Assembly: GCA_009784815.1 (NCBI GenBank)
Contig: WQXN01000001.1
Coordinates: forward strand, 1,857 to 65,856
DNA length: 64,000 nucleotides
Reading direction: 5' to 3'
Source of the DNA: Alphaproteobacteria bacterium
GTDB taxonomy: Bacteria; Pseudomonadota; Alphaproteobacteria; Rs-D84
In this document: positions 10,026-19,039 of the stretch, piece by piece
Layout: each line of letters starts with the position of its first letter
Position numbering within the stretch: the stretch's first letter is position 1
Notes under the pieces: generated by a model
Told to the model about the DNA's origin: nothing
Seen by the model: the letters and a program-made list of their open reading frames with translations, nothing else
Databases searched by the model: none
Program-made: the position numbers and the translations under genes

Positions 10026-11827
10026 TTTATACCCTCCAACAATTTACGCATTACTTTCGCGGATATAGCCGAGGCGAACGACGATCCGCCGCTATGTTCG
10101 GTCACTACGGATATGGCGTACTTGGGATTGTCGGTCGGAGCATAGCCCACAAAAAGACCGTGGTTCCTTAAATGCCAGGGAAGTGATTCGTTAGTTCTTA
10201 CTCCTGTTTCGCGCTCTTGCTCGGAGATTCTGCGCACCTGGCTGGTGCCGGTTTTTCCGCCCATAGTGCGGCCGTTAACCCTTATTCCTGCGGCTTCGGC
10301 CGTGCCGCCGCGGCGCGTAACCATATTCAGGCCGCCAAGCACTATGTCTATGTTTTTCTTATTAAACCCCAGGCTTTCGAATTCTCTGCCCGCGCCGCTG
10401 GAATAATTGACTATTCTTGGAGATATTTCAGCATTGGATATAAAGCGGCAAAGCATAGTGCAAAGCTGCAGCGGAGTGGTCAGCAAAAATCCCTGGCCGA
10501 TTCCGGAAATTATAGTGTCGCCATGCACCCATCTTGCCCCTATTGTGCGCTCCTTCCATCTGCGGTCCGGTATGATTCCGGGCGCTTCGCCCAAAAGATC
10601 GTTCTGCAGCACGGCGCCAAGGCCCATTTTCAGCGCCATGCTTTTTATCGCGTCCATGCCGATTTTCAAAGCCACTTGGTAAAAATACACGTCGCATGAA
10701 TGGGCCAAAGCTTCCTGCAGGTTCTGCCAGCCGTGACCGCCGCGCTTCCAACAATGGTAGCGGTGGTTTCCGTAAGTCCAATGGCCGTCGCAGAAAATCC
10801 GTTCCCCGGGTTGTATCGCGCCGCCTTCCAAAGCGGCCATGGCCACCACTATTTTGAATGTGGATCCCGGAGGGTAGGTGCCTTCAATAGTTTTATTCAT
10901 AAACGGCTTGTGCGGATTTGACCTAAGCTTTTCGAAATAATCCCCTATGTCGTCTTCCTGGAATCTTCCCGGATCAAAATTAGGGTGTGATGCCATGGCC
11001 AGCACTCGGCCGGATTCCACCTCCATCACTACGCCCGAGCATACCGGATAACTGCTCATCGCGTCCTCGAGCGCTTTCTGAACGCTTACCCCGAGGTTTA
11101 GATGTATATTCTCTCCGGGGATCGGGTCTATTATGCGCTCGCCGTCTCTTATTACTTTTCCTATCGCGTTCACCATTTGAATATTTCGGCCTGCGACTCC
11201 GCGAAGCTGTGCGTCGAACTGTTTTTCTATCCCTGTTTTTCCTGTCTTGAAATAGTATACTTCCATTATGGGGTCGAACCGGTTCCTTAGATCCGCTTCG
11301 GACACGTTGCCCACGTACCCTATCACATGGGCCCCAAGCGTTCCGAAAGGATATATGCGCCTATTTCCCTGCTCGACATAAAGGCCGGGTATATCGTGGT
11401 TAAGCCTAAGTTGTGACATTTCCTTCCAGGTTATGTTTTCCCTGATAAATATCGGGGTAAAGGATCTGCGGTTTCGTACGAACTGGCGTTCGATCTGGTT
11501 GACCCTGTGTTGGCGAAAATTGAATTTTTCCCGCATCAAATTGATAATTTCGCGAATGTCTTTCACTTCGCGCGGTATTATATATGCCCGGTATGTGGCT
11601 AAATTTGTGGCCAGAGCAGTCCTTGCGTTGTCGTATATTATCCCGCGCGGCGGTATTATGAACTGTATTTTAGTCGAGTTGCTTTCGGCCAAACGCCTGT
11701 AACGGCGGGAATTTAATAGCTGAAGCTGCGCGAGCCTGAGCGCGGCAATTCCTATCATCGCTCCGCCTAGGACGGTCGCTATGAATGTTCGGCGGCTGAA
11801 TATAACGCTTAGTTCCCTATCTATCAT
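10022..11827 (-). CDS. mrdA: penicillin-binding protein 2 (elongasome transpeptidase)
   Basis: 601-aa ORF with an N-terminal TM anchor and transpeptidase motifs STFK, SCD-type region and KTGT. Sits in the mreCD-mrdA-rodA order. Confidence 0.9.
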   Translation of the reverse strand: MIDRELSVIFSRRTFIATVLGGAMIGIAALRLAQLQLLNSRRYRRLAESNSTKIQFIIPPRGIIYDNARTALATNLATYRAYIIPREVKDIREIINLMREKFNFRQHRVNQIERQFVRNRRSFTPIFIRENITWKEMSQLRLNHDIPGLYVEQGNRRIYPFGTLGAHVIGYVGNVSEADLRNRFDPIMEVYYFKTGKTGIEKQFDAQLRGVAGRNIQMVNAIGKVIRDGERIIDPIPGENIHLNLGVSVQKALEDAMSSYPVCSGVVMEVESGRVLAMASHPNFDPGRFQEDDIGDYFEKLRSNPHKPFMNKTIEGTYPPGSTFKIVVAMAALEGGAIQPGERIFCDGHWTYGNHRYHCWKRGGHGWQNLQEALAHSCDVYFYQVALKIGMDAIKSMALKMGLGAVLQNDLLGEAPGIIPDRRWKERTIGARWVHGDTIISGIGQGFLLTTPLQLCTMLCRFISNAEISPRIVNYSSGAGREFESLGFNKKNIDIVLGGLNMVTRRGGTAEAAGIRVNGRTMGGKTGTSQVRRISEQERETGVRTNESLPWHLRNHGLFVGYAPTDNPKYAISVVTEHSGGSSFASAISAKVMRKLLEGIK

Positions 11828-12311
11828 CCATCACCTTCGCGAATAAGAAACTGGACGGTACATACAGAAAGCTTGTAAAAACCGCGCCCCACATTGCTTT
11901 TAAAAACAACAGTGCGGCCGCAGCCAGTCCAAGATTGGAATTATACGACAAAACCGCCCAATGGATCGTTTGTCCCGCCGTTATGAATATAAAGAAGAAT
12001 AATGCGGCGGATAATTTCTGCTCTTTCAATATTATTATTTTTTGAAATGAAAGTATCACTCCGCACAGTATGAACAGAAACATCCATAAAAATATGGATC
12101 CCTGGTTGTAATCCAACACGGTTAAAAACAAAAGGCAAACAAAAAAATTCATGTACTTCCTATTGAATATGAAAAAATAAAACACCGGCATCAAAACCAA
12201 AAGCCCCGAAGGATTAAACCACCTGTTCGGTAAAAAAAGCAATATAAGTGCCAAAGCGGCGGGAAGCGCGGCCTTCATATCTTTTAAAAATTTTATAAAA
12301 CCGGTTTTCAA
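11817..12311 (-). CDS. mreD: rod shape-determining protein MreD
   Basis: 164-aa very hydrophobic ORF positioned between mreC and mrdA. The call rests mainly on synteny. Confidence 0.65.
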   Translation of the reverse strand: MKTGFIKFLKDMKAALPAALALILLFLPNRWFNPSGLLVLMPVFYFFIFNRKYMNFFVCLLFLTVLDYNQGSIFLWMFLFILCGVILSFQKIIILKEQKLSAALFFFIFITAGQTIHWAVLSYNSNLGLAAAALLFLKAMWGAVFTSFLYVPSSFLFAKVMDDR

Positions 12312-13165
12312 TCCAAAACCTCGGCCATTTTTGCGCGCGGTGCGGTGCTTATCACTCGTACGGTTTTAACCCTATGGGCTTCGTCGTAAAGTTTCACTGT
12401 CGCGCGGGATTTTGATATTATGCGGGAAATTTCGCCTATCGGAATATTATCAGGCATAAGGCTGTTCAGGCTGCTTGATACTATTTGAGTTCCGATCTTG
12501 GGTTTGAAATCGGGATCTGAATAATATTCGAAATAAGGGTTGGCTGTGCCGCTGCCTTGCAAAAATCCGAATATTTCGGTGCCGCTTACTTTCACTATTA
12601 TATTGGAATTTATATCGTTAAGTTTTCTTACTTTAGAATACTCGTTGGTTACGGACGTTATAAAACCAAGAACATTTCCCCTCTCGGACAGGACTATGTC
12701 ACCCATATAAACTCCGGACGAAGCGCCGATATTTATAATAAAATTATTACCAAGTGATCTTAAATTAACGATTATTTCACCCCATATTACCGGATATTTC
12801 GAGTCTTTTTGTATACCAAGTAATTTTTTCAAACGATCAACTTCGGCGATTAAAAATTTATGCTCGTTTTCGATCTGTATTTTTGAATCCAATATGCGGC
12901 GTAGTTTTTCATTATCTTCGGCTATTCCGTTGTATTCAGCTATTTTGGCTATAAAATTCCCCATGGCTCTGATTGGCCATGTGACGGCCTGGCCCAGCGG
13001 AACCGCTATTGTAACTACAGGCTTTTGGATAGCTGAAATTACCTTATAATCCGGTTTATCTAATAAGATATAAAGGAAAAATACAGGTATGGTTATATAA
13101 ATTGCAGATTTTTTCAAAATATTCAAAATTATTCCAAATCTATTGAATAAATCTAGCGTTTTCAT
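12308..13165 (-). CDS. mreC: rod shape-determining protein MreC
   Basis: 285-aa ORF with an N-terminal TM segment, a coiled-coil (ENEHKFLIAEVDRLKKLLG) and beta-rich domains with G-x-V-x-G motifs. No mreB lies upstream in this window. Confidence 0.8.
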   Translation of the reverse strand: MKTLDLFNRFGIILNILKKSAIYITIPVFFLYILLDKPDYKVISAIQKPVVTIAVPLGQAVTWPIRAMGNFIAKIAEYNGIAEDNEKLRRILDSKIQIENEHKFLIAEVDRLKKLLGIQKDSKYPVIWGEIIVNLRSLGNNFIINIGASSGVYMGDIVLSERGNVLGFITSVTNEYSKVRKLNDINSNIIVKVSGTEIFGFLQGSGTANPYFEYYSDPDFKPKIGTQIVSSSLNSLMPDNIPIGEISRIISKSRATVKLYDEAHRVKTVRVISTAPRAKMAEVLD

Positions 13166-13260
13166 ATCATGAGCCCTTGGTTTAAGTAGTTATACTTTTT
13201 TTTATTGATTTTTCAAGTAATAAGATTATAATTGGTAGGATTTTATAAAGGATTTTTACT

Positions 13261-13395
13261 ATGAAGATACTAAGTTCTCTTAAAGGTTGGAAAAAACGCG
13301 GAAACCTAAAACAGGTGCGCCGCGGAAAGCAAGTTTTGCTTATAGATCCAAAAAACCCCAAGTTTAAGGCTAAACAGGGCTATAAGAAAAAATAA
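13261..13395 (+). CDS. rpmJ: 50S ribosomal protein L36 (alphaproteobacterial long form)
   Basis: Not in the ORF track (44 aa): MKILSSLKGWKKRGNLKQVRRGKQVLLIDPKNPKFKAKQGYKKK. Matches the non-zinc alpha-type L36 pattern (MK.R.SLK......V.RRG...VI.K.NP.FKARQG). Preceded by a TTGATT...TATAAT promoter and followed by a terminator. Confidence 0.8.
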   Translation: MKILSSLKGWKKRGNLKQVRRGKQVLLIDPKNPKFKAKQGYKKK

Positions 13396-13417
13396 GTTTT
13401 TAAATATAATAGGATAG

Positions 13418-13442
13418 ACCTGCTTGGGCAGGTTTATTTTTT
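13418..13442 (+). terminator. rho-independent terminator after rpmJ
   Basis: Stem ACCTGC/GCAGGT with a 4-nt loop, followed by a TTTATTTTTT run. Confidence 0.6.
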
Positions 13443-13543
13443 AATATTATTGTTCTGGTTATTGCGAGTGTTAATTTTATTAATTAAATTTATAATAGGT
13501 TTTTAATAAGTTATCTACACACAAAAGCAAGGAATTTTAATAC

Positions 13544-13563
13544 TTTCAACATATATGTTGAAA
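13544..13563. promoter_or_regulatory. perfect 20-bp palindrome (candidate operator) upstream of virB3
   Basis: TTTCAACATATATGTTGAAA is its own reverse complement. It lies in the AT-rich 237-bp gap, about 105 nt upstream of the virB3 ATG. Confidence 0.4.
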
Positions 13564-13668
13564 ACTATGGTTTTAACGGTCGTTCACGGAATTTAACTGA
13601 TTTTTTTAAAAGCTTTTATAACTTGTTAATAAGTGATAAAAATGTTAAAATTTGGAACGGAGAGAAAT

Positions 13669-13947
13669 ATGAGGGTTCCTATACAAAAAGCTGTTACAAA
13701 TCCGCTTAGGATACTTGGCGTGCCTTACGGGCTTGCCATGGTGAATTTTATAGTGTTTTTTATACTGTTCGCCGTGTCTTTGATTATATCCATGGGAGAG
13801 ATGAATCCGCTTTTTTTCATAATTCCTTTCGTTATATCCCATTATGTGTTGGCTTATATTTCAAAAAACGAACCGCAAATGGGGCAAATTTTATCATCGA
13901 AATTAAAAATATTTTTGATGAGGGTTCCGAAAAATTTAATAGGATGA
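13669..13947 (+). CDS. virB3: type IV secretion system protein VirB3
   Basis: 92 aa from the ATG preceded by GGAGA (the track ORF starts at 13633). N-terminal ..LRILGVPYGLA.. followed by two hydrophobic segments is the VirB3 pattern. Sits directly upstream of virB4. Confidence 0.75.
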   Translation: MRVPIQKAVTNPLRILGVPYGLAMVNFIVFFILFAVSLIISMGEMNPLFFIIPFVISHYVLAYISKNEPQMGQILSSKLKIFLMRVPKNLIG

Positions 13948-13951
13948 TGCG

Positions 13952-16381
13952 GTGGAAGTGTTAGATATGATTTTTACCAGATACAACTCTTTGGATGCCA
14001 TGCTGCCAAGCGGTGTGCTGCCCGCGTTTCTAATTATGCTTGCGGCTGGGCTTGTTCTGTTTGTTGTGGCTTTGATTTATATAAAAATACTTAGCGGTGT
14101 TCTTCTTCCTAAATTTGGGTATGCTTCTTATGCGTCTTACCTGCCGTTTAAATTTCCGATTGATGATAATTCTACCGTGCTGCTTAAGAACGGTCGACTA
14201 TTCCGAGTGTTTGAAATAAAGGGTGTTCAGATAAATTTTGAAACCCCTGAAAAGCAAAGGCAGTTTCTTGATATGCGCATGCGTTTCCTTCAGCAGATGT
14301 CCGGCGGTATAACACTTAGATTTTTTATGGTTAGAAGCAAGGATGGAACCAAAACCGATTTCGAATTCGATGAGAAAATCCTGCAGGATATTTACGATAA
14401 ATGGAACAATCAGGGCTTGAAACTTTTTAAAAACAGTTATTACCTTGTCATGTCTGCCGGCACCCTTCAGGAACTGAATGACGCTTCCACAATTTTCGAG
14501 TCGGTGTTCGCGCCCTACGGAGTGAGCCCGCTTAATCATACCTCGAAGAACAACGCTGCGTCGTTCTATGCAAAAATCCTGTCTCCTTTGTCGGGCGTTG
14601 ATGTAACTATGAGCAGCGGTGATATTTCTGATCTTGTTTCTACCGATTCGGTCAGTTTCGATAAGGGGCATCTGGTCTACAGTTCAGGAAGCAAAAAAAA
14701 ATACGCGTCAATATTATCCTTCCGCACTTCGCCCGACTATATGGACGAGGAATTTTTTACATCGCTATCTTCACTGCAGTCAGAAATAGTGGTTATGAAT
14801 GGAATGATACCCTTATCCAAACGTGCGGCGGAAAGCCATTTTAAGAAAAAGCAAATTTCAAGCGATGACGAGCGCACGTACAACACCGTTTCAGAACAGA
14901 TAGAAGAAACTAGGAGCATGATGGATGAAAATATCGCGGATTCCCAAAGTCTTATGGATTATTATCCGCTGTTCATGCTGCGAAACGATTCGCATGATGG
15001 TCTGGTCGCATCAATAGCCGAATTCCAAAAAATCTGCGCTACTTTCGGAATTTCAAGTGTTATAGAAAATTTTGCCCTAAAGCCGGCGTTCTTTTCCCTT
15101 ATCCCGGGATTCGATGATTTTCCGCGAAGCTATAAATTGCTTTCCACTGCGGCGGCGGCGGCAATTTCATGCAACGTGGTGCCGTCCGGAATTGAAAATT
15201 CCGACTGGGGACCTGGGCCTATCGCCATATTCCCCACCGCCGAGGGTACTCCGTACAAATTCCAATTCCACGTGTCCGATTCCGAAGCCGCCGTCGCGCA
15301 CAGTCTTGTGATAGGTCCTACCGGCCAGGGAAAAACCACCCTGTTTTCCTTCCTTATTGCGCAGTCCATGCGGCATCCGAAATTAAAATCATTCTTTTTT
15401 GACAGAAACCGCGGTGCTGAAATATTCACATTATCCGTTGGCGGAAAATATCTTACTTTTGAAAACAAATCGCAAAATTCCGATAAAATCGAAGTTGGAA
15501 TCGAAAGCAGGATGAATCCTATGATGATGGATGATACTTCGGCCAACCGCGACTTTTTAAAACGATGGCTGTCAATATTGTCCGGAGAATCCGGCGCCGC
15601 CGCGACCGAGGAAATATCAAACTGCGTCGCCGTAAATTTTGACTTTTTGGACAATAAGGATAGAAAATTGAAAAACCTTGTGCCTTCTTGTTTTTCGATA
15701 TCTGGCGCGGTCCGTAATAATATGAAAAAATGGATCGACGACAATCAGTATGGCACTATATTTAATGAGGCCAAGGACAGCATAGATCTTCATTCGCGCC
15801 TGACCACGTTTGACTTTACAAGCATAATAGACGATCCGGCCTTGTCCCCCGGCGTGCTAAGCTATCTTCTTCAGCGCATAAATAACATCACTCTGTCCGG
15901 AGGAAACCCCAGCCTTGTCATGATAGACGAAACCGCGCCCATGCTTGAAAACGAGCAATTTCGGAAAAACTTCGTCATAGGCCTGCAAGAGGGGCGTAAA
16001 AACCGCCAGGCTTATATGGCTGCTTTCCAACGCGCTAATATTCTGGATAAGCTTGGCATTGGAGACGTGGTGCGCGGGCAAGCTCAGACGGTTCTGTTCT
16101 TCCGCAACCCTGCGGCGGACTTGTCCGATTACGACGCATGGCGCATGAATCCCATGGAGATGGCCTATATTCAGGGAAAGCTTTATCCAAACCTTAAACG
16201 CAGCGTGCTGCTTCGCCGCCCCATAACCGGGGAGTCCGTCGTTCTTAACACCGAGCTGGGAGGACTTGGACCTTATCTTAGACTGTTTGAATCCGGCAGA
16301 AAATCCGTTCTTTTGGCCGAAGAAATCTACAAGACCATGGGGAGCGGATTTGTTTGGGAATATCTTAAAAAATCTGGCTAG
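13952..16381 (+). CDS. virB4: type IV secretion system ATPase VirB4
   Basis: 809-aa ORF with Walker A GPTGQGKTT and Walker B LVMIDETAP. Size and N-terminal TM segment are typical of VirB4/CagE. Confidence 0.88.
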   Translation: MEVLDMIFTRYNSLDAMLPSGVLPAFLIMLAAGLVLFVVALIYIKILSGVLLPKFGYASYASYLPFKFPIDDNSTVLLKNGRLFRVFEIKGVQINFETPEKQRQFLDMRMRFLQQMSGGITLRFFMVRSKDGTKTDFEFDEKILQDIYDKWNNQGLKLFKNSYYLVMSAGTLQELNDASTIFESVFAPYGVSPLNHTSKNNAASFYAKILSPLSGVDVTMSSGDISDLVSTDSVSFDKGHLVYSSGSKKKYASILSFRTSPDYMDEEFFTSLSSLQSEIVVMNGMIPLSKRAAESHFKKKQISSDDERTYNTVSEQIEETRSMMDENIADSQSLMDYYPLFMLRNDSHDGLVASIAEFQKICATFGISSVIENFALKPAFFSLIPGFDDFPRSYKLLSTAAAAAISCNVVPSGIENSDWGPGPIAIFPTAEGTPYKFQFHVSDSEAAVAHSLVIGPTGQGKTTLFSFLIAQSMRHPKLKSFFFDRNRGAEIFTLSVGGKYLTFENKSQNSDKIEVGIESRMNPMMMDDTSANRDFLKRWLSILSGESGAAATEEISNCVAVNFDFLDNKDRKLKNLVPSCFSISGAVRNNMKKWIDDNQYGTIFNEAKDSIDLHSRLTTFDFTSIIDDPALSPGVLSYLLQRINNITLSGGNPSLVMIDETAPMLENEQFRKNFVIGLQEGRKNRQAYMAAFQRANILDKLGIGDVVRGQAQTVLFFRNPAADLSDYDAWRMNPMEMAYIQGKLYPNLKRSVLLRRPITGESVVLNTELGGLGPYLRLFESGRKSVLLAEEIYKTMGSGFVWEYLKKSG

Positions 16382-16973
16382 CATCGTATTGGCGGCGATT
16401 GTAATCACTCCGGCCGCGGGCCGGATGGAATGTTTGCGCGCCGACGTGGAGGTTACGGTGGAATTTTCAGAACCCGTAGTATCGATAGATAATTCCAAGG
16501 CCGACCTGCCGGACCGTTTCGGGGACATAAGCGCAAATTTTAAAATAAAATACCTTCTTGATACGAGTTTAATAACCAAAACATATGGCAAAAAACCCGA
16601 AAGATGTCTAACTTTGGAAGGTCTGAAAGTTCGCGTAGGCTATGATTACGATATACGAATAGATAAAAATTTTAAGCCGGGTTCTTGCGAGTATGACGCC
16701 GTTATGGCTCATGAATTGGACCATAAGAACGCTTACGAATCCATATTGGCCGATTTTAGGGACAGGATCGAAAAAACTTTGCAACAGGCCGCTTTGACCG
16801 TGGCCCCGGTAAGACCTGCCGGGGAAAATACGGATAAATATATGGACCGCATTCTTTCCGAAATAAAAAACAACCCGGAATGGAAACTGCTTCTAAGGGA
16901 AATAGAATTGGAATCCGATATAAAAAACAACCATATTGACAGCGGCCCCGATTACATGGAAAATTGCAGGTAA
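16350..16973 (+). CDS. secreted HExxH protein (putative DUF922-like Zn-metallopeptidase)
   Basis: The ORF frame is open from 16266. The best start is TTG 16350, preceded by GGGGAG. It gives signal peptide MFGNILKNLASIVLAAIVITPAAG and carries the motif AHELDHKNAY. It overlaps the virB4 3' end by 32 nt. The family assignment is tentative. Confidence 0.5.
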   Translation: MFGNILKNLASIVLAAIVITPAAGRMECLRADVEVTVEFSEPVVSIDNSKADLPDRFGDISANFKIKYLLDTSLITKTYGKKPERCLTLEGLKVRVGYDYDIRIDKNFKPGSCEYDAVMAHELDHKNAYESILADFRDRIEKTLQQAALTVAPVRPAGENTDKYMDRILSEIKNNPEWKLLLREIELESDIKNNHIDSGPDYMENCR

Positions 16974-17371
16974 TGAGGCATATAGTAAAATCTTTAAAGG
17001 AATTGGATATTTTGGCTGGGGAATTCGCGGCCGTTCTTAAGGCTCCGGCCGCGGTTCTGGTCAGCGGGGATCTGGGTGCGGGAAAGACCGAATTCTGCCG
17101 AAGCGTCATACGCCGTTTGCACGGCGCGGATACCTTGGTGCCTAGTCCTACTTTTAATATAGTTCAAACTTATGGTAATGATATAGCCCATTTTGACCTT
17201 TACCGGATGAATTCACCCGAAGAATTGGAGGAATTGGGCCTGGACGAATATTTGCAAAACCACATAGTCTTTATAGAATGGCCGGATTTGGCCAAACCGT
17301 TGGTTAAAAATCCAATTCGCGTAGAAATCCGAAATTTGGCCAAAGATGTGCGCGAAATAAATATTTATTGA
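16973..17371 (+). CDS. tsaE: tRNA t6A37 biosynthesis ATPase TsaE
   Basis: 132 aa from the ATG in a TAATG overlap. P-loop VLVSGDLGAGKTEFCRSVIRRL, SPTF.IVQ.Y and HFDLYR motifs are characteristic of TsaE/YjeE. Confidence 0.85.
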   Translation: MRHIVKSLKELDILAGEFAAVLKAPAAVLVSGDLGAGKTEFCRSVIRRLHGADTLVPSPTFNIVQTYGNDIAHFDLYRMNSPEELEELGLDEYLQNHIVFIEWPDLAKPLVKNPIRVEIRNLAKDVREINIY

Positions 17372-17402
17372 ACTGTCCGTCGGCGGATGGTAGTATCAAT
17401 CT

Positions 17403-18113
17403 ATGAAAAAACGCGCTAAAAAATTCATAAAATCCATACTGGGGTTGGGATTGGTTCAATGGCCGATCGCGGGGCTGGTTTTTATTTTCATATGGACTAT
17501 TTTTCTATCCAACCGGGTCGAGATACGAAACCAAAAACTTTTGAAAAAATTTAAAAACAAGCCGATCATAGTGGCCTTTTGGCACGGCCGGTCCATGCTG
17601 CTTCCGCCCCTTATGAGCATAAGCGGATACAGGGGAAATGGATACGCTCTTTCGAGTCTTAGCGTGGACGGAAGGCTTATGGGAAAAATCCAAAGGCTGT
17701 TCGGTTTTAAAATCATCGAGGGATCCCCCAGAAAAGGCGGCACCGAGGCATTGCGCCGTGGCGTCAGAATTTTAAGAAAAAACTATATGCTTGCCATTAC
17801 TCCGGACGGGCCGCGCGGCCCCCGTTTCCATATCAAGGACGGAATACTTTACTTTGCGAAAATGACCGGAACGCCGATCGTCCCGGTATGCTTTTCCAGT
17901 TCTAAAAATAAAATCCTTGGCAACTGGGATCGATTCATGGTCTGTCTTCCGTTCGGTCGGGCAGTCGTGGAACTGGGCGATCCGATAGATATATCCAAAG
18001 ACGGATTCGAGGAGGCCAGGTTAAAATTAGAGAACGTTATGATAAGGCAGATTAACCGGCTTGATGCCGAATTCGGCCTGCCGAAAATTGAAAAGGGGGA
18101 TAGAAAAAAATGA
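17403..18113 (+). CDS. DUF374-family lysophospholipid acyltransferase-like protein
   Basis: 236-aa ORF with an N-terminal TM segment, FWHGR...DG..M......G...I.GS..KGG..ALR and ITPDGPRGP motifs. Typical neighbour of lpxK/waaA in alphaproteobacteria. Confidence 0.7.
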   Translation: MKKRAKKFIKSILGLGLVQWPIAGLVFIFIWTIFLSNRVEIRNQKLLKKFKNKPIIVAFWHGRSMLLPPLMSISGYRGNGYALSSLSVDGRLMGKIQRLFGFKIIEGSPRKGGTEALRRGVRILRKNYMLAITPDGPRGPRFHIKDGILYFAKMTGTPIVPVCFSSSKNKILGNWDRFMVCLPFGRAVVELGDPIDISKDGFEEARLKLENVMIRQINRLDAEFGLPKIEKGDRKK

Positions 18114-19039
18114 AAACCCCTTCTTGGTTTTTAAAAAGAAATCTTACCGCCCGAATCCTTTGGCCCGTCGCGCTGGTTTATGGTCTGGCATCGAAAATTA
18201 TTTTTAAAATGCGGCTTTTTGGTAAAAAATCGTCGAAAAAGCCGGTAATTTGTATCGGAAATATTATAACCGGAGGAGTCGGAAAAACCCCCGTTGTTCA
18301 GGAAATTGCAAGGCATCTTAAAAATCCGGCGGTGCTTATGAGAGGTTACAAAGGCATAAAGACGGGAAAAGTGTCGGCAACGGATACCGCGGCTGAAGTC
18401 GGCGACGAGGCAAAAATGTTGTCGCATTACTTTGATGTGTTTGTAGGCAAAGACCGCCGATTAAATTTGCCCAAGATGCAAAAATACGGCCATATAATAA
18501 TGGACGACGGTTTTCAAAATCCGACCGTTGAAAAAAACTTGTCGATCCTGGTGTTCGACGGGCGCATGGGGATAGGAAACGGGTTTGTGCTTCCCGCCGG
18601 ACCTTTGCGCGAGTCTTTAAGGTCGGGGGTGAAACGGGCTGATGCCGTCATAATAATAGGCGAGGATAGAAAGGGTTTGGAAAGCAAAATTCTTCATATA
18701 AAAAACATACCCGTATTTTTCGCCGAAAGAAAATTCGGAAAACATAAGTTCGGCAAAAAAATTTCGGCTTTCGCAGGAATCGGGTATCCTAAAAAATTCT
18801 TTAAATCCCTAGAGGAATTATCCGGTAAAAAACTTGCCGCAAAATTCCCATTCCCGGATCATCACGAATTTACCGCGATCGATTTGAAAAAATTATCCGC
18901 CGCCAAGGGAGAATTATGGACTACTGAAAAGGACTTTGCGCGCCTGCCGGCGAACTTTGCGAAAAATGTTAAAGTTCTAAAGATGTCGGTCGAGATCGAG
19001 AAGGAGTTTTATAAATGGCTTCGCTTAAAAAAACTGTAA
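18110..19039 (+). CDS. lpxK: tetraacyldisaccharide 4'-kinase
   Basis: 309-aa ORF with P-loop GNIITGGVGKTP and DDGFQN motif. Confidence 0.88.
   Translation: MKTPSWFLKRNLTARILWPVALVYGLASKIIFKMRLFGKKSSKKPVICIGNIITGGVGKTPVVQEIARHLKNPAVLMRGYKGIKTGKVSATDTAAEVGDEAKMLSHYFDVFVGKDRRLNLPKMQKYGHIIMDDGFQNPTVEKNLSILVFDGRMGIGNGFVLPAGPLRESLRSGVKRADAVIIIGEDRKGLESKILHIKNIPVFFAERKFGKHKFGKKISAFAGIGYPKKFFKSLEELSGKKLAAKFPFPDHHEFTAIDLKKLSAAKGELWTTEKDFARLPANFAKNVKVLKMSVEIEKEFYKWLRLKKL

Noticed and set aside
13386-13445. A possible sixth, miniature copy of the repeat family after rpmJ (GAAAAAATAAG...GGATAGACC-hairpin-ATTTTTT).
   Set aside because: Only short motifs (GGATAGA, A/T runs) are shared. The similarity is within what any AT-rich terminator could show, so it is annotated simply as a terminator.
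13396-13632. The AT-rich gap as a replication origin. TTATCTACA at 13511-13519 resembles a DnaA box.
   Set aside because: There is only one near-consensus box, no cluster of boxes and no flanking origin-associated genes. AT-richness is equally explained by promoter and leader function for virB3.
14693-14701. A9 run inside virB4 as a frameshift or pseudogene site.
   Set aside because: The reading frame is intact through the run (SGSKKKYAS). The full-length VirB4 with Walker motifs continues downstream.
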